Below are positions 40,232 to 49,379 of a DNA stretch of 64,000 nucleotides, piece after piece. Location: contig JAOAKI010000001.1 in NCBI GenBank assembly GCA_026413765.1, positions 73,085-137,084 on the forward strand. The letters are read 5' to 3'. A program made the position numbers and the translations under genes. Positions within the stretch are counted from its first letter, which is position 1. The number at the start of each line of letters is the position of its first letter. Below the pieces are notes generated by a model that was not told the DNA's origin, searched no databases, and was given only the letters and a program-made list of their open reading frames with translations. The stretch comes from Candidatus Micrarchaeota archaeon. GTDB taxonomy: Archaea > Micrarchaeota > Micrarchaeia > Anstonellales > Anstonellaceae.

Positions 40232-40819
40232 ATGATGCCAAAGCTGCCATATTTTCTTTTGCTTTTTGCTCTGATAGGGCTTAATGCCCTGATTTTTCTT
40301 ACTGCTTTTCTTGCAGCGCAAGGCAATGACCTTGCGCACCATCTCTATTTTCTCTTTTCTCCCAGTTGCCATCAGCTTACAAGCCGCTCGCTTTGCCTTT
40401 TCAAGTACGATGCAAGCGAAAGATGGGAGCTTGCAGACTGCCTACCAGTCAGCAGATTCTCCCCATCAAAGGCAAATGTTGTTTTTTACCCAGAAAAAAC
40501 CGGCTTCAAGCTTCCAGTTTGCAGCAGGGATGCCGCAATATACCTTTTCATGCTTGTTGGGGCGCTGCTGCTTCCTTTTTTCCGAAGCATTGAAAGCAAA
40601 GCCTGGCCAAACAAATTGATATTGCTTGCCGCCGCCATCCCAATAGGAATAGATGGCACAGGCCAGTTTCTTGGGCTGTGGGAAAGCACAAATGCGGTCC
40701 GTATTGCCACAGGAGCGCTTATAGGATTCGTCTTGCCATTTTTTATACTGCCGATACTGAACGCTTTATTTTCGGACTTTCTTTTTTCTAGGAAAAAACA
40801 CGAAAAGAAAAGGCACTAA
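40232..40819 (+). CDS. DUF2085-family membrane protein
   Basis: CHQ...RS, PVCSRD..IY, IDGTGQ..G..ESTN..R..TG. Confidence 0.85.
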   Translation: MMPKLPYFLLLFALIGLNALIFLTAFLAAQGNDLAHHLYFLFSPSCHQLTSRSLCLFKYDASERWELADCLPVSRFSPSKANVVFYPEKTGFKLPVCSRDAAIYLFMLVGALLLPFFRSIESKAWPNKLILLAAAIPIGIDGTGQFLGLWESTNAVRIATGALIGFVLPFFILPILNALFSDFLFSRKKHEKKRH

Positions 40820-40821
40820 CC

Positions 40822-42525
40822 TTATTCGAATATATGCTCTATGATTGCTCCGTATGCTGGCCTTGATATGAACAGGCCAAGCAGCGGGCCAAGCACAGTC
40901 GCAGTAGCAAAGCCGATTATCTCAACCAACCCCGAAAACAGCAACAGAGGCAGCATCGCAACCACTGCAACAAGAACCGAAGTGCTGATAATTCCAAATG
41001 CTTTTTCAAGCTTCTTCCTTGCAATTTCTTCCTTTTTGAGCAACTCGTCAGTGACGATAATCTGCGCATCAACCGACACCCCTATTGCCGCAAGCATGCC
41101 TGCCATTGTCGATAGGTCTATGGTAAATGAACCCAATATTGCCATCATGATGATTATCTCTGCGCAGCTGATTGTTATCATTGGCGCTATGATTCTCAAA
41201 TGGCGATATCTGAATGCGACCATCAAGGACACAACAAATAGGGCAACAACAACTCCAATTAAGCTCAGCCTCAGGAATTCCTCTCCGAGTGCAGCAGGAA
41301 CCACTGTTTTGCTCCCCAGAGTTATTTGGACTGGCAACGCGCCACCTTTTAAGAGAGACTCCAGCTCCTTTTCCTTTTTGAGAGCGTCTTGCGCTCTTTC
41401 TTGCGGGCTATTTCCCTCCGCAAATCCTGTGATGCTGTAGGCAAAACTTGGTATGCCCTCAGTGACTCCCGGAACCAGCCTTGGCGCAGAAATAAGCCCT
41501 ACCGCTTTCCAGCTGACCACCGCATCCGAGACAGAGCTTTCAGCTCCATAAGAAAATTGTGGCGTCATTTCCTCTCTTGTCTTTTGCAACAAAATAAAGC
41601 CGCTCTCCCTGAGTCTGTTTTCCAGTGCGCTTCCATTCTCGATTATTATTTTTGTTATGTTGTGCTTTGCCAGGATGCTCAGATTGCCTTCCACTTCGCT
41701 TTCAAGGTATAGCGGAATATCCTGACCTTCAAGTTTCAAGGCGTTTCTTGCAATCTGTAGTGCTCTCTCTTTTTTAAGCGGGAACTGCTTTCCTGTCGCT
41801 TCAAGAAGCCTGCTGTCATTGATTATTACTATCACGTCGCTTGGCCTGTCCAAAAACATGTAAAGGGGGTAGTTTGCCTTCCCTTTTGCTGCAGCCGCAA
41901 ACCTCTGGGCGCCGCTTTGCGTAACGGTGAAACTTATCCCCCAATCTGCATTATGCAAATAAGCAGGCGGAATCCGGACAATATTGTCTGTATAAATGTC
42001 ATCTCCGCTTATGGCAAGCTTTCCATCCACGATTCCCTGATATACTCCTTGCTGCGAAAGCAGATTTTCTATCTGGCTCACCAATTGCGGGCTGCTTTGC
42101 GGCACTTCAACATAAATTTCAGAGTCGCCAATTGGCCTTACTCTCACTTCAGTAAGCCCAAACGCCGCAGACCTCTTCTTTATCGTGGTTACCATCTCGT
42201 CCATTGTTGCGCTGTCCACCGCTTTTTCAAGAAGTATTGGGATGCGCACGCCCCCAGAAAAGTCGATTCCAAATTTTATGCCATTGAATGCGATCGAGCA
42301 TATCGACAGGATTACGATTGCAAAAAGGCCTGCCACCCTCACATTGTCTTTTTTTAGGAAGGTTATGATTGCGCCTATCAGAACAATAGAAAATATGTAG
42401 ATCGGCACGCCGTGCTGCCTGTCTATCGCTATTCCAATGCACGCAAGAATGGCGAACGCTAATACCAGCAGCACTTCCCGTGCTTGCGCACCTTTTACTA
42501 TCTGCTCTCTTGAAATCATACTCAT
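40822..42525 (-). CDS. secD: Protein translocase subunit SecD
   Basis: KFGIDFSGG, LKGGALPV, ALGEEF, IGVSVDAQIIVTDE, IGFA. Confidence 0.9.
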   Translation of the reverse strand: MSMISREQIVKGAQAREVLLVLAFAILACIGIAIDRQHGVPIYIFSIVLIGAIITFLKKDNVRVAGLFAIVILSICSIAFNGIKFGIDFSGGVRIPILLEKAVDSATMDEMVTTIKKRSAAFGLTEVRVRPIGDSEIYVEVPQSSPQLVSQIENLLSQQGVYQGIVDGKLAISGDDIYTDNIVRIPPAYLHNADWGISFTVTQSGAQRFAAAAKGKANYPLYMFLDRPSDVIVIINDSRLLEATGKQFPLKKERALQIARNALKLEGQDIPLYLESEVEGNLSILAKHNITKIIIENGSALENRLRESGFILLQKTREEMTPQFSYGAESSVSDAVVSWKAVGLISAPRLVPGVTEGIPSFAYSITGFAEGNSPQERAQDALKKEKELESLLKGGALPVQITLGSKTVVPAALGEEFLRLSLIGVVVALFVVSLMVAFRYRHLRIIAPMITISCAEIIIMMAILGSFTIDLSTMAGMLAAIGVSVDAQIIVTDELLKKEEIARKKLEKAFGIISTSVLVAVVAMLPLLLFSGLVEIIGFATATVLGPLLGLFISRPAYGAIIEHIFE

Positions 42526-43676
42526 CCCTGGTCCGAAAACAAAAGCGCGCTTAAAGGCTTCTTTTCTTCTCCTCTGCTTCCTCCGCCTTCCAAATAGGCT
42601 ATCACAATCACCGCATTGAGCATCCAGGTGGCTATCAAATCCCCAACCAAGCCTGCAAGCGCGACAGCAGAAATCTCAAAATAAGTGTTGATATGTGTGA
42701 TTGATGCAAGAGCAAAAAGGCAAAGGAACGAAAGCATCAAAGCAGCACTCATGGTCGTGCCTGTTTTCATCGCCTCATATGCCCTCTCTCTTGGTGTGCC
42801 TTCGTGCCTCTTGATGACACGCATTGTCAGCAAAACGTCGGTGTCCAATGAGAAGCCAATCAGCATCAAAAGTGCGGCAAATGAAGCAAGAGTAAGCGGT
42901 ATGCCGAAAAAGCCCATTGCGCCCATCGCAATAAGCACGTCGCACAATGCTCCGATCAACACAGCTGCCGACGGAATGGCAGTCCTAAAGATGAGGAAGA
43001 CCACAATGCTTACAAAAATTGTAGAGTAAATCACTACATTTACTGCCTTTTCAAGAAATTTTGCAGAAAGCGATGCTGAAACTTCGTTAAATTGTGCGCT
43101 TTCGTATGCCACTAACTGCGACAGCGTTGCCGCCAATTTACTGGAATAGCTGTCTAAAATCATCCTGTACGCCGCACTAACAGCTTTCTTCAATTCGTTT
43201 GCATTCGCATAGCCAGAGGCATTTTTCTCCAGCCCCGCTATCTCAAAAAGCGCATCTGCTTTCTTGTCCAACTCTTTCCTTTCTTGCATGTATTTTTCCA
43301 ACGCTTCTGCGCTTTGGTTGGTTATGCCAACATCTGCTTCAAGCTGCGCCACCCTTTCAATTTTTTCAAAAAAAGCGGATTTCAGCTCTTCTGCTTGAGT
43401 CAATTTTTCGTCCCTTTCAACTTCAACTTCGACTTTGTATCCAGCCGGATTCTTAAGCGACTTTGCAGAAGAAATGGCATAGCCTTTCTGCTCCAGTGCC
43501 TCTTTGAGTTTTTCAATATCGACTCCTTCTTTTGTTTGCATCGTCACCAATGTTCCGCCTTTGAAATCGACTCCCTTTTTTATTTGCGGGATATAAAAAA
43601 GCGAAATCAGAACCAGCACTATCGGCACTAGCGCAAGCAGCTTGTAATTCCCCCTGTAAATGTTTGGCAATTGCAT
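42522..43676 (-). CDS. secF: Protein translocase subunit SecF
   Basis: GVDFKGGT, FLIFR, AALLMLIGFSLDTDVLLT, GLVGDL..TW.LN. Confidence 0.92.
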   Translation of the reverse strand: MQLPNIYRGNYKLLALVPIVLVLISLFYIPQIKKGVDFKGGTLVTMQTKEGVDIEKLKEALEQKGYAISSAKSLKNPAGYKVEVEVERDEKLTQAEELKSAFFEKIERVAQLEADVGITNQSAEALEKYMQERKELDKKADALFEIAGLEKNASGYANANELKKAVSAAYRMILDSYSSKLAATLSQLVAYESAQFNEVSASLSAKFLEKAVNVVIYSTIFVSIVVFLIFRTAIPSAAVLIGALCDVLIAMGAMGFFGIPLTLASFAALLMLIGFSLDTDVLLTMRVIKRHEGTPRERAYEAMKTGTTMSAALMLSFLCLFALASITHINTYFEISAVALAGLVGDLIATWMLNAVIVIAYLEGGGSRGEEKKPLSALLFSDQG

Positions 43677-43731
43677 AAAAATAACCTCTCTACTCTTTAA
43701 ATGAATGGTTTTTAAATTGTGCCACTGCCGC

Positions 43732-44763
43732 TTAAATTATCTTAATCAACCCTCTGCCTATCTCTGCCAAATCTGCGCCAAGCAGAGAGCTTGTCTGCCT
43801 TATGAATGTGAAAGTGATTATAAGAGACACAAGCGGGTAAAACATTGCCTGAAGAAATATTATCCCCACCGAGGCAATAATATAGTCGATCTGATCCGAA
43901 ATCCACGTCACCAACCCTGCGCCTTCTGCGCTGCTTTGTGTGGCTTTGCTGTTCAATTTATAGTATATCTCAAATTGATTGCCAGCATCGGTAAAGCAGG
44001 GCTCCTCTGAGCTTAGTTGCTGGATTGTCTGGGATGCTTGTATGTTCTCAATCTCTCTGCACATGTCAGATGAGGAAGGCATTATTGAGATTATCATCAC
44101 ATAGCTTAGCGGAAAGACAAACGCAAATCCAAGCGCAAAAGCCGTTACGAATCCCCCAATTCCGCGTGTAAGTGGGAAAGAGCGAAGTACCAATCCGATT
44201 GGCAAGAATGGGTAAAGCATGGTGTAGTGGGCAAAATGCAAAAGGTAATATTGGATATAGTGAAATAAGATCAAATATATCATGTTATTTGCAATATAGT
44301 GAAATACTGCGACATATCCTGTCAGTGCGAATCCTCCTGATATTGGCTCGAGCCCACGGATATCATAAGTAAGAGTGCTCCACGGTTCAACCCACGCATT
44401 TAGTGTGTATGCAAGAGTATACACATTGATTTGGCATCTAATGACCACAAGAATATATGCTTTTCCTATCTCGCTTGGCGGAAGAAGCGTGTTTGGCGGG
44501 ACAGTTGAAGCCAGATGAAGGTTCCCTGAAGCTGCCGCAATACTTGTTGCAAGAGGCGCAAAAAGGTTAGTGTTCAGTAGCTGAATCGTGGCTGCAACCA
44601 TGATTATAAGGAAAGTAACAAACACTTGGACATACTCTCCTTTAACCCACATTCTCAGGTTCTGCAGATTAAAGGCGTTCGCAACCATGTGCAAAATAAT
44701 TGCTATGAAAAGGGAAATGAACCCAACAATCAAAGAAATTTCCACCCACATGTCCATCTTCAA
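43732..44763 (-). CDS. Multi-pass membrane protein, paralog 6 of 6 (CedA/VirB6-like)
   Basis: Shared motifs WVKGEYVQ, GLVLRSFPLTRGIGG..FPL and C-terminal FIRQTSSLLG. Confidence 0.6.
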   Translation of the reverse strand: MKMDMWVEISLIVGFISLFIAIILHMVANAFNLQNLRMWVKGEYVQVFVTFLIIMVAATIQLLNTNLFAPLATSIAAASGNLHLASTVPPNTLLPPSEIGKAYILVVIRCQINVYTLAYTLNAWVEPWSTLTYDIRGLEPISGGFALTGYVAVFHYIANNMIYLILFHYIQYYLLHFAHYTMLYPFLPIGLVLRSFPLTRGIGGFVTAFALGFAFVFPLSYVMIISIMPSSSDMCREIENIQASQTIQQLSSEEPCFTDAGNQFEIYYKLNSKATQSSAEGAGLVTWISDQIDYIIASVGIIFLQAMFYPLVSLIITFTFIRQTSSLLGADLAEIGRGLIKII

Positions 44764-45833
44764 ATCAGCCTCGTAAGGTTTGTCACATCTATTTCTTCTC
44801 CTAAGAAATGCGTAATGCCTCTTGTCAATTCTACCAACACTATGAAATTAATCACAGGCAGAGCCACTGCTGCAATCATATACACCAAAACTGGCTGCAG
44901 TAAAATAAATACCCCGCTGGTTGCATTCTCCACAAGTTTATTGCGAGTCTGTAAAGTTGCCGGATCTGAAGGGTCCAGCTCCTTTATATTCCGCTGAAAA
45001 TCGTTTGGAGTCGGAAGCTGGTAGTTGTTCGGATCGGCTTTGCTGTTCGCAGCGCCAACTTGCTGCGTTATTTCTTGCTCAGCTGCCTCAACTCTGTGCC
45101 ATACTATATAGTCATTAAATACTATCATTAACGGATAAAAGAAAAACAAAGCAATAGTAAGTCCGATCAATGTTCCGCCAAGCGGCCTTGTCGGCTCAAA
45201 TGCCCTAAGAAATATTCCGAAAGGATAAAGGAAAAACAGCCCAGCAATCGCCATGTATTCCACTATCCTCATTTGCAGCTGCAGCATAAGAAATGAGGTG
45301 ACATAGCCGCCAAGCATCAAAAACATCAAACCTGTTATTTGGCTAAATGTCTGCAATGGAGTGCTAGTTGAGCCAACCGCAAGTGGATTGGATGCCCAAG
45401 TGGAATTTGCTATTAAATTGACGATTTTTACCACAAAATTCATATAATAGAATATCAAATAACCCAACTCCTCAATCTGCTTGAAATACCTGTCAACTAT
45501 GGCCTCCATTTTCATTCCCTGCGGATATCTTGCAGAGTCAAGAAAACTCATGTCGAAATTGCAAAAGCCATAAATCCAGATTATGCTGAAGCCAATAATT
45601 ATCGTCGTTCCAAAAATCTGAAAAAGTTCGAATTTTGTCCATGCTTCAAGCATCTGGTTGCGCAACGCTTGGGAAACCATATACAAAAACACAAGAATAA
45701 ACAAAGATGCAAACAATGCTGCGAAAGTAAGCTCTAGCCATCCACTCCCAAGAATCCCAAACGAGACTGGTACAACGGGTGCGCTTCCACCCATGCCTAG
45801 TGCATTGCACACAGCTTCTCCAAATGTCATCAA
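44760..45833 (-). CDS. Multi-pass membrane protein, paralog 5 of 6 (CedA/VirB6-like)
   Basis: AWTKFELFQ, GIFLRAFEPTRPLGGTLI..YPL, FLGEEIDVTNLTRLI. Confidence 0.6.
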   Translation of the reverse strand: MMTFGEAVCNALGMGGSAPVVPVSFGILGSGWLELTFAALFASLFILVFLYMVSQALRNQMLEAWTKFELFQIFGTTIIIGFSIIWIYGFCNFDMSFLDSARYPQGMKMEAIVDRYFKQIEELGYLIFYYMNFVVKIVNLIANSTWASNPLAVGSTSTPLQTFSQITGLMFLMLGGYVTSFLMLQLQMRIVEYMAIAGLFFLYPFGIFLRAFEPTRPLGGTLIGLTIALFFFYPLMIVFNDYIVWHRVEAAEQEITQQVGAANSKADPNNYQLPTPNDFQRNIKELDPSDPATLQTRNKLVENATSGVFILLQPVLVYMIAAVALPVINFIVLVELTRGITHFLGEEIDVTNLTRLI

Positions 45834-47170
45834 ATCAACTTCTCAAGCGAGCTTAAGTCTATTTCTGTTCCAAGCACTTTGGCAATCTCTTTCGCAAAAG
45901 TGATCGTTATGAAGACATTGAATATCGGAAGCAGAATGCTTACTATAAATACAAAATATATCGTCTGATATAAAGCGTGCATTGCAAACGAAGTGGCAGG
46001 GATTATGAATACGACTGCCAACAGGTTGAGGTTGAGGAACTTGAGGATAAAGTATGTTGCAACAGTTATCCCGATTGTTTTTGCAACCGACCAAAACTCC
46101 CCAGTCGCAGGCCCTGTCAATGCATTGACAAATTGGGCATATACTTTTCCTAGCACAGTGTTGAATATGCAGCTTGCGCCAGTACTTATAGTGGGGTTTG
46201 AAAATATCCTGACAACCAGTGGCCCCTTGTTTATTTCCTCAACCAAAAGCCTCCCTTCTATTGTCGATGTATCGCCATTTGGAATGTATGGCCGAGGATC
46301 ATCCAAACTTGCAGGGTATGCGTTTCCAAGGCAGCAAATCGGCCGGTCTAAGCAGTTGATCCAAAGCCCGGAAGAGCTTGTTCCGCTGACAGTCTTGATT
46401 TCTCCCTCTATATAGCGGGAAATGATTTCACCACCTTGCACGATCAAAAACGGGTAGACAAAATAAAGAGAAAGCGAAACGCCTATCAGGGCGTTGCCTC
46501 CACCTTTTATCCCTAGCGCTCTAAGAAAGAGGCCAGCGTTGAGCAATATCGGCAAAGCACTATCTGCAATAAAGCAAAGCATATACTCATGGGCAAACCA
46601 GCTTATTATCGCAGTCGTAATCAATTGCATCAAGAGCCCCAAAGTGTCATATATCGGCTTGAATGCTGGCGCAACTTGGAAAGTGACATAGATTCCCAGT
46701 TGTTTTCCAAATAGCCTTGCATAGGGGGTTACGCTTGTGTGCAGAGAAAGCAAAGTTGTTGCCCCAAGCATCATTCCAAAATCAGCAATCATTGTGTTCC
46801 TGATTATCACCGCATATGCTCTTGCGGTTTCCAAGTTCGTCTGAGCAAATGGCTGGAAAATGGCAACAATTAAAACAAAGATCCCAACAAGAAGCGCGTT
46901 TTCGGCAAGCTCCCAAACTCCTGCCTTTGCAAAATCGCGTACTTTCTGCCCTAAAAGGCCACCCAAAATATGCGTCAAGCTATTTATTGACACGCCAAGC
47001 GCGATTGCTGCAACCGAAAGCGCCGCCCATCCAAGGTCTTGCGCTGGACGTCTATTGCACATTACTACTTTCAGGTCAGAATCTACAAACAGTGGATTTT
47101 GCCATATCCAGGCAAATCCTTTTTCCATCAAAAACAACAATATTAACGCAGCGATTATTTTTTTCATCAT
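45830..47170 (-). CDS. Multi-pass membrane protein, paralog 4 of 6 (CedA/VirB6-like)
   Basis: Signal peptide, DFAKAGVWE, GLFLRALG..GGNALI..YPF, VLGTEIDLSSLEKLI. Confidence 0.6.
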   Translation of the reverse strand: MMKKIIAALILLFLMEKGFAWIWQNPLFVDSDLKVVMCNRRPAQDLGWAALSVAAIALGVSINSLTHILGGLLGQKVRDFAKAGVWELAENALLVGIFVLIVAIFQPFAQTNLETARAYAVIIRNTMIADFGMMLGATTLLSLHTSVTPYARLFGKQLGIYVTFQVAPAFKPIYDTLGLLMQLITTAIISWFAHEYMLCFIADSALPILLNAGLFLRALGIKGGGNALIGVSLSLYFVYPFLIVQGGEIISRYIEGEIKTVSGTSSSGLWINCLDRPICCLGNAYPASLDDPRPYIPNGDTSTIEGRLLVEEINKGPLVVRIFSNPTISTGASCIFNTVLGKVYAQFVNALTGPATGEFWSVAKTIGITVATYFILKFLNLNLLAVVFIIPATSFAMHALYQTIYFVFIVSILLPIFNVFITITFAKEIAKVLGTEIDLSSLEKLI

Positions 47171-48459
47171 ATCAACCTTGACAGAACAGAAATTTCAACA
47201 TCTCCTCCTATTAGCGGAGAAAAATACTTCACACTTGCAAGCATCGTCATAAGACCCAAAAACGGAACCACAAGAGAAAATATTAGCAACGAAGCAAGCA
47301 TACCTATTGGCCCTTTTGGTCCAAATCCGCTTGATGGTGCCCCACTGCTAATATAGCCCAAAAAGTCTTTGTACCATGAAGTCCCTTCATACTTTTTCCA
47401 TATCGCAATGAATGCGCTTCCTAAATTCTCCATCTCATTAATCTGGCTTTGAGAGCGCGTATCATTGCACACATCTATCTGAAGCTTTTTTGCAGGATTA
47501 AACACCTCTTTTGCATCGCTTGATGAGCCGTAGTCCACGCTTCCGCCGCTGAAAGGCAAGGTCGCACCCTTGCTTTCGTCATATTTGAACCCAAAGACTC
47601 TTCCTCCGGTGTTCCAATTTGCGCCATCCATAAACCCAAAAAGTATTGCATTGGCAGCGACATAAAACATTGGCATTACTATATAAGCCGAAAGCGCAAG
47701 GGCAATAAGCAGGCCGCCAAGTTTTCTCGTGAAATACAATATCCTTAATATCAATCCCATCGAAATCATAACCGGAAATAGCGCGTACCATAAGTAATCC
47801 AAAAATATTTGCTGAGCCCTCGCCAACATCATCAATTTCACCGAAAGCTCAAAGACAATCGAGAAGAAATCAGCAGCCAGCGCCAAGAAGGCAAAAGGCG
47901 ACAAATTCAGGTTCCCTTGCCTTTCATCAAACAGTGATGTCCCGCTAAAAGAAAGATTTGACAAAAATCCATAAAGCCAATAATGCTTCAGGGCAGTTAT
48001 TGCATTCATTCTTGCTGTCTCGTATAAAGTTTGGAGATAGTCGGTTGCAAGCTCGATATGGCATGCTCTTCTTTTTGCAAACGGGCAGTTGGCGCCAGTG
48101 CAGCAAACAGTGTTTACATAAGTGTTCCACTGACCCGTCCTGTCATCGCTTAAGTAACTGAGGCTCATAAGCCAAGAGTCTAAAACCTCCACAAGCGCGA
48201 CAGCAAAGATAAGTATCAGCACAGAAAGGAAAGCCTGCCCCACTTCCTTCTTTGTCCAGGCTTTCAGCTTCTCGTCGTTTGTCAGAGTAGCCACCATATA
48301 AGATATCGACAGCAGAAACACAACTGCCAAAAGCGCCACTCCAGCAAGCATTTCCCAACCCCATACCCACACGCTTCTTGAGGACGAGGTGCTAGTTGCT
48401 CCGCTGCAGCCAAATGCAAGAAAAAGCACGGTTAACAAAATCGCACTAGCCGTTTTCAT
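47167..48459 (-). CDS. Multi-pass membrane protein with lipobox, paralog 3 of 6 (CedA/VirB6-like)
   Basis: LAFGC lipobox, AWTKKEVGQ, GLILRILYFTRKLGGLLIA..MPM, LIGGDVEISVLSRLI. Confidence 0.6.
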   Translation of the reverse strand: MKTASAILLTVLFLAFGCSGATSTSSSRSVWVWGWEMLAGVALLAVVFLLSISYMVATLTNDEKLKAWTKKEVGQAFLSVLILIFAVALVEVLDSWLMSLSYLSDDRTGQWNTYVNTVCCTGANCPFAKRRACHIELATDYLQTLYETARMNAITALKHYWLYGFLSNLSFSGTSLFDERQGNLNLSPFAFLALAADFFSIVFELSVKLMMLARAQQIFLDYLWYALFPVMISMGLILRILYFTRKLGGLLIALALSAYIVMPMFYVAANAILFGFMDGANWNTGGRVFGFKYDESKGATLPFSGGSVDYGSSSDAKEVFNPAKKLQIDVCNDTRSQSQINEMENLGSAFIAIWKKYEGTSWYKDFLGYISSGAPSSGFGPKGPIGMLASLLIFSLVVPFLGLMTMLASVKYFSPLIGGDVEISVLSRLI

Positions 48460-48461
48460 AC

Positions 48462-49379
48462 TTACCCCAGCTTTTGTCCAATGAACTTTGTAAAGCTTCT
48501 AATGAATGCTATTGTGAGTGTCATTGATAGCGCAGGCAAAAACAGAGCCTGCAATAGAAGGTAAGATAAAGTAAGCAGCGGGTCAAACAGGATGCTTTCT
48601 AGGCTGAAAAATTTCGAGTAGCTAACTTCTGCCATAAAGTTCGGATATTGTTGTGCGAGTCTTTCTTCGAACTGTTGACTGCTGGCTTGCTTGAATGTTT
48701 TTTCCATCATTTTTGGCACGATATAAGCATGCATTGCATAACTGTACGGAAAAAGTATTCCAAATCCAATAGCAACTGATATCAGAAATGCGCTTGCATC
48801 TCGCAATGGCGGGAATATCCTTGTCAATACCGCAGCAGGCAGCAGAAACGGAATCAATACTGCCTGAATCGCCTCCAAAATTAGCTGCTGAACCATCAAG
48901 CTTGCAGTAAACGGGACAATTATTATCGATAAAAAGTCAAATATTCTCTCAAACAATACAGCAGAAGGGAATGTTAGATTTATTGTCCCCCACGCTGCTG
49001 GCCCCCATCTCATTGACCAAGCCGCATGGTACTGAAAACGCAATACTGCTGCTTTCATCGATGCAGCAGTTATCAACATTTTCTGGTTGATAAATGTCAG
49101 GTACTCTTTGCCTATTTCGTATGGATCTCTTCCGGTCAATAATTCGGTCATTTCAGCTGCAAAACACGTTGCGCCAAATATGCTGATAAACAGGAAAGCA
49201 GAAACCGCAAGCTGATAAAGTTCAATCGAGCTGAATGCCTCATACTCAGGTCTTCTAAAAAAGTTTGCAGCCATGTAAGATATTATCACTACACTTATCA
49301 TTGTAGCAAGCGCCATGCCCGCGGTAGAATAAATCACATTGTATAAAAACGCATCATTTGCGCATAATGCCATCTTCAC
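48462..49379 (-). CDS. Multi-pass membrane protein, paralog 2 of 6 (CedA/VirB6-like)
   Basis: AFSSIELYQ, LTRIFPPLRDASAFLI..FPY, FIRSFTKFIG. Confidence 0.58.
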   Translation of the reverse strand: MKMALCANDAFLYNVIYSTAGMALATMISVVIISYMAANFFRRPEYEAFSSIELYQLAVSAFLFISIFGATCFAAEMTELLTGRDPYEIGKEYLTFINQKMLITAASMKAAVLRFQYHAAWSMRWGPAAWGTINLTFPSAVLFERIFDFLSIIIVPFTASLMVQQLILEAIQAVLIPFLLPAAVLTRIFPPLRDASAFLISVAIGFGILFPYSYAMHAYIVPKMMEKTFKQASSQQFEERLAQQYPNFMAEVSYSKFFSLESILFDPLLTLSYLLLQALFLPALSMTLTIAFIRSFTKFIGQKLG

